Assembly: GCA_964016885.1 (NCBI GenBank)
Contig: OZ024740.1
Span: 290,966,001 to 291,030,000, forward strand
Length of the DNA: 64,000 bases
Reading direction: 5' to 3'
From: Eledone cirrhosa
Lineage: Eukaryota
Positions 26,815 through 38,731 of the stretch are shown one piece after another. The translations under genes were made by a program, and so were the position numbers. The stretch's first letter is position 1, and every line of letters starts with the position of its first letter. The notes below the pieces were generated by a model. It was not told where the DNA came from. It saw nothing but the letters and a program-made list of their open reading frames with translations, and made no database searches.

Positions 26815-27988
26815 TGATTATAATCCGTTTGATGACTGTGACAAGTTTAGTATCCGGAAATAAAGGAATATCAGAATACTAAAATAGAGATGAAAAATGT
26901 GTTGTTTACAGATATATAAAGAGAATATAAAACAAAAGAAGAATCATCTAAGAAGTAAATTATTTCCGATTATTAAGTAATCTTGTTTGTCAATATTATG
27001 TTAAATAAAGCCAACTTTACGTTTTATGCTTCAATAAAATAACAGTGAAAGCGCCTATACTCAGCTCCAATATTAAAGGCTGTTTTGTCTTTCTAAGAAA
27101 TCACTATTGCCCTCACATCATAATCGAAATGTCAAATATGTTGTTAAACTTCACGTCAGATCTTTTTAGGGAGATTTCACGGCTACTTTTAACAGGTCGA
27201 CCGACTTCTGGATATTGTTAAGATCCAGATCAACAGTGATTCAATAGACTTCAAATCTAAACTGAAAGTGTTTTTCTAGAGCCTCGAATATTTTTATGAT
27301 GGTAAAATGATATTTAGTAGCTATTTTTAGCATGTGGAGTAATCATGTAGAAACCTCAATTTTTGCTGGTTAATAGATGAGATAAAATTGACAGACGTAA
27401 ACATTCCATAATCTTAGTCATTTTCAAAATTTATTTTAAAAATCGCGGGTAGGGTGATAGTATGTAAAACGTAGTTTAAGATGTTAAAAATAAATTGTTG
27501 CATACCCCCCCCCCCCCCCCCATTCTTATTTCCAATTTACGAAATATATGAGATCCTTATGCTAATGTGAGAAATTAATTTTAGAAAAACATTAACTATT
27601 CTAAATGTTTATAGATATATTTACCTTAACTTACAAATTTATATATATATATAATATAGAGAATTTTTTTCTTTTTTTTTTCCTTTCCTTTTTCTTTCTT
27701 TTTTCTCTTTTTATTAGTAATATTATGTTGACGGGTATTCTTTAATAATGATAAAATATATATGATCTGAACTGAAAAAGCTAGGCTATATTTCTTACGA
27801 AAGATCTCTTGTTTCAAGTAATGAATCACAAGAGTAATGGAAAAATGGACACAATTTTCGAGAAATGAGTGAGCAAATTAGATAGCGAGAAAAAAATAAT
27901 TATAATTTTTCCCTGGGTACTGAAGAAAAAATATAACAAAAAACAAACAAACAATGTCTTTCATAAATATAATTGGAAGATACGTTAC

Positions 27989-28090
27989 CTCACACAAACT
28001 GGAAATTAATAATATTAATAGTAAATATTGGTTTACGAAGGTAGTTAAAAAGAATCGGTACAGCTCCAGCCGTCGCTTACTCACTTAATG
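27989..28090 (-). promoter_or_regulatory. Candidate non-coding first exon / promoter region of IKK
   Basis: The first coding exon has an upstream acceptor, so a 5'UTR exon is expected. Non-repetitive, locally CpG-containing sequence ends in GAG|gtaacg at 27989; an alternative donor (gtaagt) lies near 27634. Inference only. Confidence 0.3.
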
Positions 28091-28399
28091 ATATGATAAG
28101 GTTTGTATGTTAGAAATACTCAGAGCGCACATGTAAGTTAATTAGATAAACGAGTACGTGATTGTAATAATATATTTGTGCCAAAAGTAGAAACAATTAT
28201 AAACCTGTAATGGTAATACTAGAAAGGGGCATAACTCTAATGTTTTTTTAGAATGTTTTGTCTGCTTAACAAGTAGAAAAAAAGTCTTTGACTTTCTGTA
28301 TATCTGATTGTTGGTTAATTTTTTTTTTTTTTTTTGTAGTTTAACCACTTAAATGCTCAGCATAAATATTCACACTTATCTATTTTGAGTATGTGTGTG

Positions 28400-29180
28400 A
28401 CGTCCGAACGAGTATCCTCCACCTCCAACTATCTTGCCCTCCGCCTGTCGGTCCCAGTAGCTGACAGGATGGAGAATACATTGGCCCTCCAGAGGACGGC
28501 GAGGGAAACACGCAGAAACAGCTACCCCACCTCGCGGGGCTTGCACCAGTGGGCGGCCAACTCCGCTCCAATAGCAATGAGTAGGGATGTGGTCGGGGGG
28601 CCCAAAACGCCAGAGGTCTCCACTGCTACAGGTTTGATAAGAAGCCACATCACCATGTAGGGCTCGCACATGCGGGCAGCCAACTCCATTCTGATAGCAA
28701 TGAGAAGGGGTGTGGTCGGAGAGATGGGGGGGGGGGGCAAAAAGTCTCCACAGCTACAGGCTACACCACAAACCTACCAGAGAGCGGCCAATACTTGGAC
28801 AGTTGGCCCTCTTCGGCTTGGTGGGCAGCAGAGCCTGGGCTGGTAGCCAAACTCACCGGATTGCCACTAGTTGTTGGTTGAAATTATAGCGTATTGGTGT
28901 AAATTATAGCGTGTCATCAGTCTTTCAGAGACAATTAAAAGCAAGATAGCTAAATACCGAGACTTGAACGACCGCTTCCTTTTCGGGCTTGTCACTGTCG
29001 AGACCTTGGATGTCCTAGAGTCTCAAACGGCCATTTTCCTCCGCAATGAGCATATCTCGCCTGAGGAAGGATCCAATAATTTAGACTGGCTGATGCAGTT
29101 GGTATCACTGGCTGTTCTCTGTGGCATCACCTTTGCCATTTTGTGTGTGGGGGTGCAGCTGAAACATATGGCCTAGAATG
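28400..29180. mobile_element. Two CRE-like endonuclease relics (28400-28870 minus, 28930-29180 plus)
   Basis: PVAVETSGVLGP and KIAKYRDLNDRFLFGLVTVETLDVL motifs, similar to 25310-25730. Confidence 0.65.
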
Positions 29181-30527
29181 GAGTGTAAAAACTGCTGCTC
29201 CCTTCCTCTTTTTCTTACTTTCCCTATTAAAATGTTCCTTCTTTTTTTTCCTTCGCTTTTACACTTCGTTTTTAATATACAAATGTAGATGAATAGTAAA
29301 TTTCTTTCTTTTATTTTTAATAAATCCTAATTTCCATTGTTAGAGGCATGGGTGATTGAACTTCTGTCTGTTATGGAGTTAAAATTAGAAAAAGATTTTT
29401 AATAGAATACCTCTTCCTTTTCAATTAGTTTCCACTATCACTAAATTAATATATAAAAAGTAATCAATGTGCAAAGCAAATGCTGAAATTAATATAAATA
29501 TTTGTTAATTAATAATGGGATTAACTTATTCATTTTATTGTGGATTTTATTAATGCTCTCATATTTTTTCTTTCTTTTTTTCAAAAATGGTCTTTGGACC
29601 TTTACGTTTTGAACAGCATTTATTCAAAATGTACAAAATTACTTAATTAAAAAAAAAGAATAATCAGAAACTAATTTCAGTCAGGGTGTAGTGAATGCAA
29701 TCAGTCTGATTTGAACTTTTGTTCCCAAGCTGGTCAAGTAGGTCCCATAGTTATTGGCACCATAGTTATTCAGTTCCTTTGTTCATGACTAGTGTTACCA
29801 GCTTGTCTGGGGAAATGGCCAACTGGAGGTCATCTGTAGTTTGTCAAGAGATAACTAGCTTCATAAAATTATTATGCTCTATTCTGTCCTGTTGAAGTAG
29901 ACAATACACATCAGTTTCTTCAAGCAAACAGTGCAGTGTAATTGTCAATCAGATATTCACTTTGGCCCTCTCAGCTAGCAGGCTGATGCAGCTATATACC
30001 CATTCAACTTCAACAAGGTAAGTCCCATCCATCTTTTCAGACTATCCACACACTCATACACATCACATCAGACAATTCGAGTGTGAATATCTTTGTTTTT
30101 CCTATATTATCACCATAACTTTGTAGCAAGTTATTAAGTAATAAAATTTATTAAAGTAACAGGTCTTGTTTAAGTTTTCACTCACTACATCATTTCACAC
30201 AGCGTTTTATATAGGACATGTCAACTTATACCTACACCTATCAAGCCAAGGTTTACTGCTACAAAAATTCCTGCCTCATCACAATGAACAACAAACTAAT
30301 TCCAACCTACAAGGGAATATTATGGTTGCAGTGTCTTTTTTTTTGGGGGGGGGGGTACCCTGCTTGTTAATTTTTCAGATTCCTCTCCCCACTCCTCAAA
30401 TTAAATTTTACTAATCTATCTCTGGCAAAATTTTATTTTAAGTGGTATCATTCCTGCGACAATTAACTTTCTTTAGACATTAAAAATCATTATACATGAC
30501 TAAAATAGAACATTACAAGAAATCCCA

Positions 30528-33201
30528 TCTCCTTATAATATATAACCAGCAATTTCTCTGTCTGTCTGTCCGACGGTGGAAACACGTGCGCGCGTGCGAA
30601 TGTTTTTTGCGCACGCGTAGAGAGAGAGTGAGAGTGAAAGAAAGAGACAGACTACGAGATGGGGATAGCGGGAGGGAGAGAGGGAGAGAGAGAGAGTGAA
30701 TAGACGCTAAAACACGTGCGCGCGTGCGAATGTTTTTTTGCGCACGCGTAGAGACAGAGCGAGAGTGAAAGAAAGAGACAGACTACAAGAGGGGGATAGC
30801 GGGAGGGAGAGAGGGGGGAATTGAGGAGTGCTACAGAAACATATATACATTTCTGTGTGTGTGTAATATATATATATATACATACACAGAAATATATATA
30901 TATACACACAGAAATATATATACATTTCTGTGTGTGTAATATATATATATACTAGCAGAAAACCGCCCATCCGGGTGGTTTTGTGCTAGTCTATATGTAT
31001 AAAACTGAGGTTGTCTGTCTGTCTGTCTACTAAAATGGTCGGCACACATCTCCTCTTAAACCGTACGTTCAAATTTCAGTGAAATTGCTGCTACACTTAT
31101 AGAGGAAGGTCCGGCGGAGACATCGGTCAAAAAATCTTTCAAATCGACCCACGCCAAGTGCAAAAATTGAATTTGTAATGTATTGATTTTTCAGTTCAAA
31201 TGTATAAATAGAGATGAGAGACGAGTTATTTCCCTTTTATGGCGTCATTTATCAATTTATGTTACGTATAAACGACGCGGTGGACCGAGAAGAACAATTT
31301 CATGCAAAGATAAGACCAAGCTTATGGTGTAAATGGAGTCGTTAGACTAATATTCTATTTAAAATAACCGAATGATTTCCAGCCCCGGAGTTAAGAATGA
31401 TGTAAATAAAATTGTAAACGAAAATGACACGTTATTAAAATAGTTGTTTCTACTTTTATAATAATAATAATGAAATTATTGTGTACAGTGCTCAGGTGCA
31501 CTACAACTCATCAAAGGTGCATGTATAGTACATAGAATAATGTACAAATGTCAGGAAAATAAACAGTGTATTTTGGCACAAGGCCAGCAATTAAACAGTA
31601 CATTACTGGTACTTTATTTTATCGACCCCGTAAGGATGAAAGGCAAAGTTAACCTCGACAGGATTTTAACTTTGCCTTAACATAGCAAAAGTAAAAGTGA
31701 AGATTTAGACCAGTACATAAGTATGCGCCGACGAACATACATATACATATACATACGCACACACAAATACATACACACACACGTGTGCGCGTGTGTGTAA
31801 ACCTTATGCATTTCTACAGTATTTTCACCAAACTTAAGACATGGGTTACTTATGTACTCCTATATTGATTATAGGGCCTCCTATAATCCAGATATTGATT
31901 ATAGGGCCTCCTTGGAGTCGACTGAAGCACTGCAGTGCAATGCAAAAAAACGTCATAACTTCTGGAGTTCGCAACCGATTTTCACAAAACTTGACACATG
32001 GGCTACGTTTGTTTTACAGATGAATGTGAACTCTCAGAATTGGCACATATTGAGTAGGGGACCGCTGGGGGCAGGAACCCTCTTTTGGAAAAAGCCGATG
32101 ATTTTGTAAAAGTATAGTTTTCGAAGCAGCACTGAAGTATGACATAAATGGTATACATAACTGCTATTTAATACCCGAGCAACGCCGGGTACCTCTGCTA
32201 GTCTATATATATAAAACTGAGGATGTCTGTATGTGTGTGTGTGTGTATGTGAGTTTGAATCCCTAAAACTCGAGAACCACCCAACCGACTGTTTTTAAAC
32301 TTTACACATGTAATACTTATGTTTCAGGGAGTGTTCTGAGCAAAAACAATTTCAAATTTTCAATGCCCTAGGGACCACATTAGGCGATTTAGTGATCTCG
32401 CTCTATAATTCTTAGTCTTTCTCTTTTTAGATAGATACATACATATAACGTCGCTCCCTTATAATATGTCTGTATGTCTAGCTGTCTGCATTACGTCACT
32501 TCCCTGAGGATGTTTGTGTGTGTGTGTGTCAGTTTGAATCCCTAAAACTTGAGAAGTACCCAACCGATTTTTTTCAAACTTTACATGTGTATTACTTATG
32601 TTTCAGGGAGTGTTATGCACATAAAATTCAACTTTTTGATCTCCTAGGGCCCGCATTAGGTTAAAAACTGCGTTTTTTAAGCTTTTTAAGGGTTTTTCGA
32701 GGCGTTACATCAGACCGATTTCCTTGAAATTGTAACTATGTATTAGTCAGTCTCTTCTTCATATCGTGAGCAAAGAAATTCCAACTTTTTTATGGCCTAG
32801 GGCCCGCATTAGGTGAAAATCTTCATTTTTTCAGCTTTTTAGGACTTTTTGGCCGATTTTCCCGAAATTTCTAGCCGATTTTCCCGACTTTCTAGCCGAC
32901 TTTCTAGCCGACTTTCTAGCCGACTTTCTAGCCGACTTTCTAGCCGATTTTCCCGAAATTTCAAGGCATATTATGCACATAAAAAAAATTCATTTTCTTG
33001 ATCCCCTAGGGCCTGCATTAGGTGAAAACCTGCATTTTTCCTGCTTCATCGAGGAAAATCTTAAAGATTATCCAGTCATCAGAGTATTCGGTTTATTTTC
33101 TTTACATATTGTCCAAGTATGCAGTTTTTCCACGATTAGGTCTGTTGGTGGCCCGCCTTCCAAAATACCTTATCCCGTGCAACGCCGGGTACCACTGCTA
33201 G
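30528..33201 (+). mobile_element. Three Helitron-like units head-to-tail (30528-30989, 30990-32201, 32202-33201)
   Basis: Each starts TC(T)...tataa...tgtctgt and ends in a GC hairpin plus CTAG. Internal junctions are CTAG|TC and the block sits between A and T. Confidence 0.82.
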
Positions 33202-34899
33202 TACATTATAAAATGAATAGGATGGGTTGGGGTATCAATATGTAAACTAAACAACTAATTCTGGTTTTAAAAAAAAGGAGACAACGTGAAAAAATTACTG
33301 ATTTTCAACGTCCCTGCTTAATTCCCCCACCCCGTTTTTTCCAAACCCCCTATTATTTGAGACTTGAGTGCATATATTTCGTTTGTATTTCAAGTGTAGA
33401 AATAAATATATTTCGTTTACATCTCATCCTTTGTCACAGGCCTTCATACTCCCGGTAAGGCTCCAGCCCCACAATATATTTATACATGGAACAAAAAGTA
33501 CTGCAGTTGTAAGTTCCCTAATTCTAATAAATTTCTAATAAAAAATATATTCAATTAATTTTATTTATTATTGTTACTATTTCTTTTTGCAGATTCTTAA
33601 TCTCTCATGTTCCAAACATATAAATCCAAAGACTTAAAAAAAGAACCCTAGAAAAAAGTTAGAGGAGAGTATAGCAAGTTTCTCATGGGATGTGAAACTT
33701 TAGCAGAAAAATCTTTAAAATAAGATTTTTGGTTGAGTAGTAGCTTGTTGGTTACGGAAAGGATCCTTAAAGAAGATTAGGTTATAAGTCTGTGTGTTTA
33801 TGTTTTTTAGTCCACGTGGAAGTATCAGACCAGAGAGCACAATGAGGAAATATAACCAAGGTTTATTTTTCTCCGTAAATTATTACAAGTACTAGTAGAG
33901 TAAAAAGCTGCTGGCATGCCGCATAAGTAAGTTGAACAAAAAAATGTGCTTCTTCTAAGAAAATCCAGAACGTAGTTATGTGAGTCCACTCAGGACGAAT
34001 TCTGGAAGTCAAAAGAGGCGCAAATTCCCTTGCTGGGTAGAAGTTGCTGCTTGGTATTCCTACGTTGCAGACTTAAAGGCCTGACAACTGACCAAGCCTG
34101 ACCTAATTATTCCACCGCGATAAGGTAGTGCCATTGCTTACTACAAAACTTTAACTTTAGATTCATTCCTAAATGTTTTAAATATGAATCATCATCTTTC
34201 TCAAAGTTGGCTACATGCTAAAGTTGAATTCATCATTGGAATTAGAACTCACTAAAAACACATCAATCATTCATTTCCTTAGCTGACAAATCAACAAACT
34301 GGAATTCAATTGTCAACAACTATAACCTCATCTCTAGACTGTCAAGCAAGTCTAATTTTCCAAATGCCTATGGTCACAGATGACTAATTCAATCTGACAG
34401 GTGGGAATTTCCTTTCTTGCTAAAATATGGCTCAAGTTTCAGAACAAATTCTTCAACAAAACAAATTACTGAATACCATGTACACATCTATAACATGTCA
34501 GTCCAACACCACAGACAACAACTGTTGGACATTGGCTACTGTCAACTTTCTGTACAATACAACTACATCTATAACATGTTAGTCCAATATAAACTACAAC
34601 TGATCAAAATTCACTCCTGTGAACTTTCCTGTTTACTCGATCGATTGTGATAAATTCCATTACAATTTTTAGTCTATATAAATACAATTATAGGTAGCAA
34701 ATTGGCAGAGTCATTACTACATTGGATAGGATTCTTTGTGGTATTCATTTCAGCTCTCTGTTATCTGAGTTCAAATCCCACTGAGGTCAACATTGCCTTT
34801 CATCCTTTCAAAGTTAATATAAAAATAACCAGTTCAGTTCTAGGTCACCCTGGACCTGCCAGTTTTGTGGGCTTCTTTGGCTTGAGGTAGTCTCAAGTT

Positions 34900-35620
34900 G
34901 CAGATAACTAGATGGTGATCAGTTGACAGCTCAGACCCTCTCTTAACATGAACATCCAGCACAGAATCAAAGAGATCAGAGACAATTACAAAATCAATTA
35001 TTGATTTCTATCCCTGATTCCCCTTATACCATGTATATTTATGGAAGTCTCTGTGCTGGAAGAAGGTGTTTATAATAGAGAGTCCATTGCTAGAACAGAA
35101 ATCTAGTAAGGCCTCTCCATTTGTATTTAGATCAGGGTCACCATTCCTTCCAATCATTCCTTTTCATGTCAGGTGGTCAGTGCCAACATGTGCATTGAAG
35201 TCTCCCATCAAGATATATGACTTAGTCTTAACTACATCTAATGCTACAGTGACTTCCTCAAGGAAGGATCTGTATTTGGACTCCTTGTTTGGTGCATAAA
35301 CTTGCACCACCCACATTGACCTATCTTTCAGCCTAAACTTCAAGATGCAAATCCTCCTTCCTAACATGATCTGGTCCATAACACATTCTGATAGTCGGGG
35401 GCTTGTAAGTATCCCCACTCTCGCCTGTGCAGTCCTTTTTGGTGCCTCACTTGAATAGTGGAGTTTCCATCATCCATCCAACTCTACAGTATCAGAGCCA
35501 TAGAACTTTGTTGGGGAAGTCCTGGCTATATCTAGCCAGTAGCAACTAGCCTCCTCCACTAGTTCCTGCTCCTTACCTGTGATATTCCAGGTTTCAACTG
35601 TTAAGGTTTGCTCCCTTCTG
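34900..35620 (-). mobile_element. APE-endonuclease relic of an RTE/Expander-like LINE
   Basis: TWNITGKEQELVEEA, GILTSPRL, QVYAPN, ILMGDFNAHVG. Confidence 0.8.
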
Positions 35621-36189
35621 GATCCTCTTTGGGATCTTGGAATACACAATCTTTGTGCGTCCATCCCATGTGTCCCAGGACTGGTTTCCAGCCATTGCCA
35701 GTTTTTGCAGCATGAAATGGAGACTGTAATATATTTTTCGAACAGGCCCCTTTATCTAAGGCCTGAATCTACCCCATGTTAACCCATGTGAAGGACGATG
35801 CGGTATGGTTCTTCTTTGTTTGTCTCATCATATTGCAGCTTTAGTTTCGGTGGTTTTATTCATGCCAGTCACCAATCTGGTTCTTTGTCAAACCCGCGAA
35901 GACTAAGCTTCTTTAGAGGTGGCCTTTACTTGCCCCATAGCTACATCACTGGGTTGTGAGAGTTTTCTTGGGAGTTACAGGTGTCACCCATTGCTCCATC
36001 TCCCCTAGTTGCTTACCACTGTTGGTCTGGGGTTGATATTTGTCCAGCAGTTGCCTGCTTATATCGCAACAAGTCATCAATCATATCTGGTGGCTGTATC
36101 GCTATCTGTCACCTGTGACCCATTCTCTAGCCCGAAAGAATATAATTGTGAATACAAGGGGCTGAAATGGGGTTTCTCTGAAGGGTCTT

Positions 36190-36612
36190 TGGAGTAACGT
36201 TACTCAATAGAATGCATAGCTCAGAGATCAGAGGCTCACTCCAGGTAGAGCCGCTACTTCTCCGAATTGAGAGATCACAGTTCCAATACTATGGGCATGT
36301 AGTTAGAATTTCTTAGAAAAGAATCGCTGGACAAATTTTACGGGCAAAATCACCCAGCAGGAGACCCAGGGGTAGACCCTGAGCAAAATGGTTGGATAAC
36401 ATCCATGAACTTCGCTGCTCTTGCTCGAGGATCCAACCAGATCAGTTGGAGACAGTTGCTTCTGACATGACCTCTGGCAGTAGTGTTTGAGGACTCTGCC
36501 CTCACGACCCTCTGAGGAATAAGTGGGTGAAGAAGAAGAAGAAGAAGAAGAAGAAGAAGAAGAAGAAGAAGAAGAAGAAGAAGAAGAAGAAGAAAAAGAA
36601 GAAGAAGAAGGA
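36190..36612 (+). mobile_element. Expander-like RTE 3' fragment with expanded (GAA)n tail
   Basis: Same family as 6905-7125; GAA run at 36528-36610. Confidence 0.8.
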
Positions 36613-36789
36613 GGAGGGCGGGAAGAATTTTGATCAATTCTCAAGGTCCCATTTACTTTCTGCAAGTGCCATATTCTTAAAGGACTGCATTAATTCTTTG
36701 CCAGTGGCCAATATCAGTGACCTATTCTGTCTGGTTAAACTCTGTATTTCTATTGCACTCACAGTTGGAGCTGATGTTTGCGGGAGATT

Positions 36790-37965
36790 TAACTATCAAT
36801 GTGGAAAGCCCCTTGCCTCTATGGGTCTTCATGTATTGTCTTAGCATCTAGATGCAGATTGCTTCACTCATCATACCAAGTTGAGACTAATAATCAAATA
36901 AGCCCTAGCCAGAGTCAATATCTCTTCAATTCGGGGCCAGCTGGAATGTCTAGGGTTGGTGGGAAAGGGCCAGATGGTCTTCCTCTTTACCCTAGGGTTA
37001 CTGGTAAATGCCTCATTTGGGACACCATTATCACTGAATCTTTTGTTCATTTTCACATCTCGGATTCTAAAATATCAGGAATTATTGACAAATAATTTTT
37101 TTCTGTCTGTGGCATTTGAGTAATTAGGAGGAGCTGAGTCACTGACAATGAAATTCTTGTCACTGTTTATGGCTTACCTGACTAATGTATCAGGTGATGC
37201 TTGGTTATTCCAGCACCTTAGCCTGGCTATCACCAGTCGCAATGCTTTGAGTGCTTTGCTTGCTTCAAGAATGATTAGAAGGAAACTCCAGCACACTTTG
37301 AAGAATGTTTGTGTGTGCTTGTCTTCTTCAGCTATTTTTCCTGCTTTTTTTTTTGTTGTTTGTTTGTTTTTTCTCTGGTTACTTTCTTTCTGCAAATTGT
37401 TAATGTTTGATAATTTATGCAAATAAAATAAAATTTTACGTACTGCTTTCACTGTAGAACATTCCTTTAATAAGCTCCTGATTTTGGCACCATTCAACAA
37501 TGTCACTCTATTGATCAATGCTGAGCAACAATGATAACCAGGTACAGCTGTAACCATTCTCACCAAGCAGCAACCTATTTTGTTTAATGACTTATTGAAA
37601 GACTGTTATCTGTTCTCAACTTTGGTCTCCTCTCCTTTCACTCTTTCTCTCATACCTCCACCATATCCATAATAAACCATTTTATTTTCCTCTCCATTTC
37701 ACAAATCATTGTTCTATTATCCTTCCTAAGTTAGAATAAAAATAAAAATCAATATAAAAAAAAATGATAAAATTTATAAAAGACTATTATAACATATCTC
37801 CTTGTTTGAAGCTTAGTCAGCCTTGTGGTCCCAGCAGACGGAATAGAGAAGATGTTGCCCCAGAGGATGGTAAGGAAGATGCACTGGAATAGCCACATGG
37901 GGTTTGTTCTTGCTGGTAGCCAACTCTCCCCAATAACAGAGAGTAGGGATGTGGTCCAGAGGCCA
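36790..37965. mobile_element. Further CRE-like relics (36790-37270 plus, 37810-37965 minus)
   Basis: GKGPDGLPLYP..GKCLIWDT and WLFQHLSLAI..RNA motifs. Confidence 0.6.
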
Positions 37966-38731
37966 AAAACACTTAAGTTAAATGTCATCCATCCATGTTT
38001 ATTTGACTCAACCTTATCTAACCAATATTGGCTCTACATGTTAGAAATAAATATGTATTATTTTGGCAGTGTGTGGAAAGTGCAATATAGCAAGAGAGAG
38101 GCTTGTAATGGTCTGAGAACACTAACTGGTGTTATTTATCCACAAGTGTGTGGATTTTATTCTATTCACCATGTGCAGTATGTGGAAGAATCCTTGGTCA
38201 AATTAGTTAAAGTGTAGCCTTGATAGAAGTTTAGCAAGTAGGATAGATGCTATTCCTGATATGTCAAGTGATGAAACAATTCACCAATTATATAAAGAAG
38301 TAAGTTCGGTGTGATCAATATATGTTTCTCCTAATGAAATCTTTCGATTTTGACAAATCAAGAGAAGGTAAGAGGCAGATGTCTCAAATGGGATGTTATA
38401 GTCAGTGACTCTTTTGCTCCCATATCAGAGATGCTGTGGTAAATGTGAGGGTCATTGCTTCTGTTGCCAAATGGTATAAAATCCCCAAATACCAGGAACT
38501 ATCAACAATTATTTTTTCCAAACTGTAAAGTTTGAGACGTTTGATGGAGTTGGGCCGCTGACAGGCAACAGTAATGGTTGTTAATATATACATGTGTCCA
38601 GCCAGCAGTAAAGGGTTTCTCCCTGCATACGAAAGGACGGTTATATGATGCCTGTGTGAGATGTGCAATGCTGCATGGTAGTGAGACATGAGCAGCAACT
38701 GCAGACGATATACGACAGCTGCAGAGAAATG

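Noticed and set aside
33560-34700. Plus-strand exon after a good acceptor (ttctttttgcag at 33592)
   Set aside because: All three frames close within about 15 codons; could be a non-coding exon but nothing supports it
36303-36844. Poly-Lys, poly-Ser and poly-Leu ORFs
   Set aside because: Translations of the (GAA)n LINE tail
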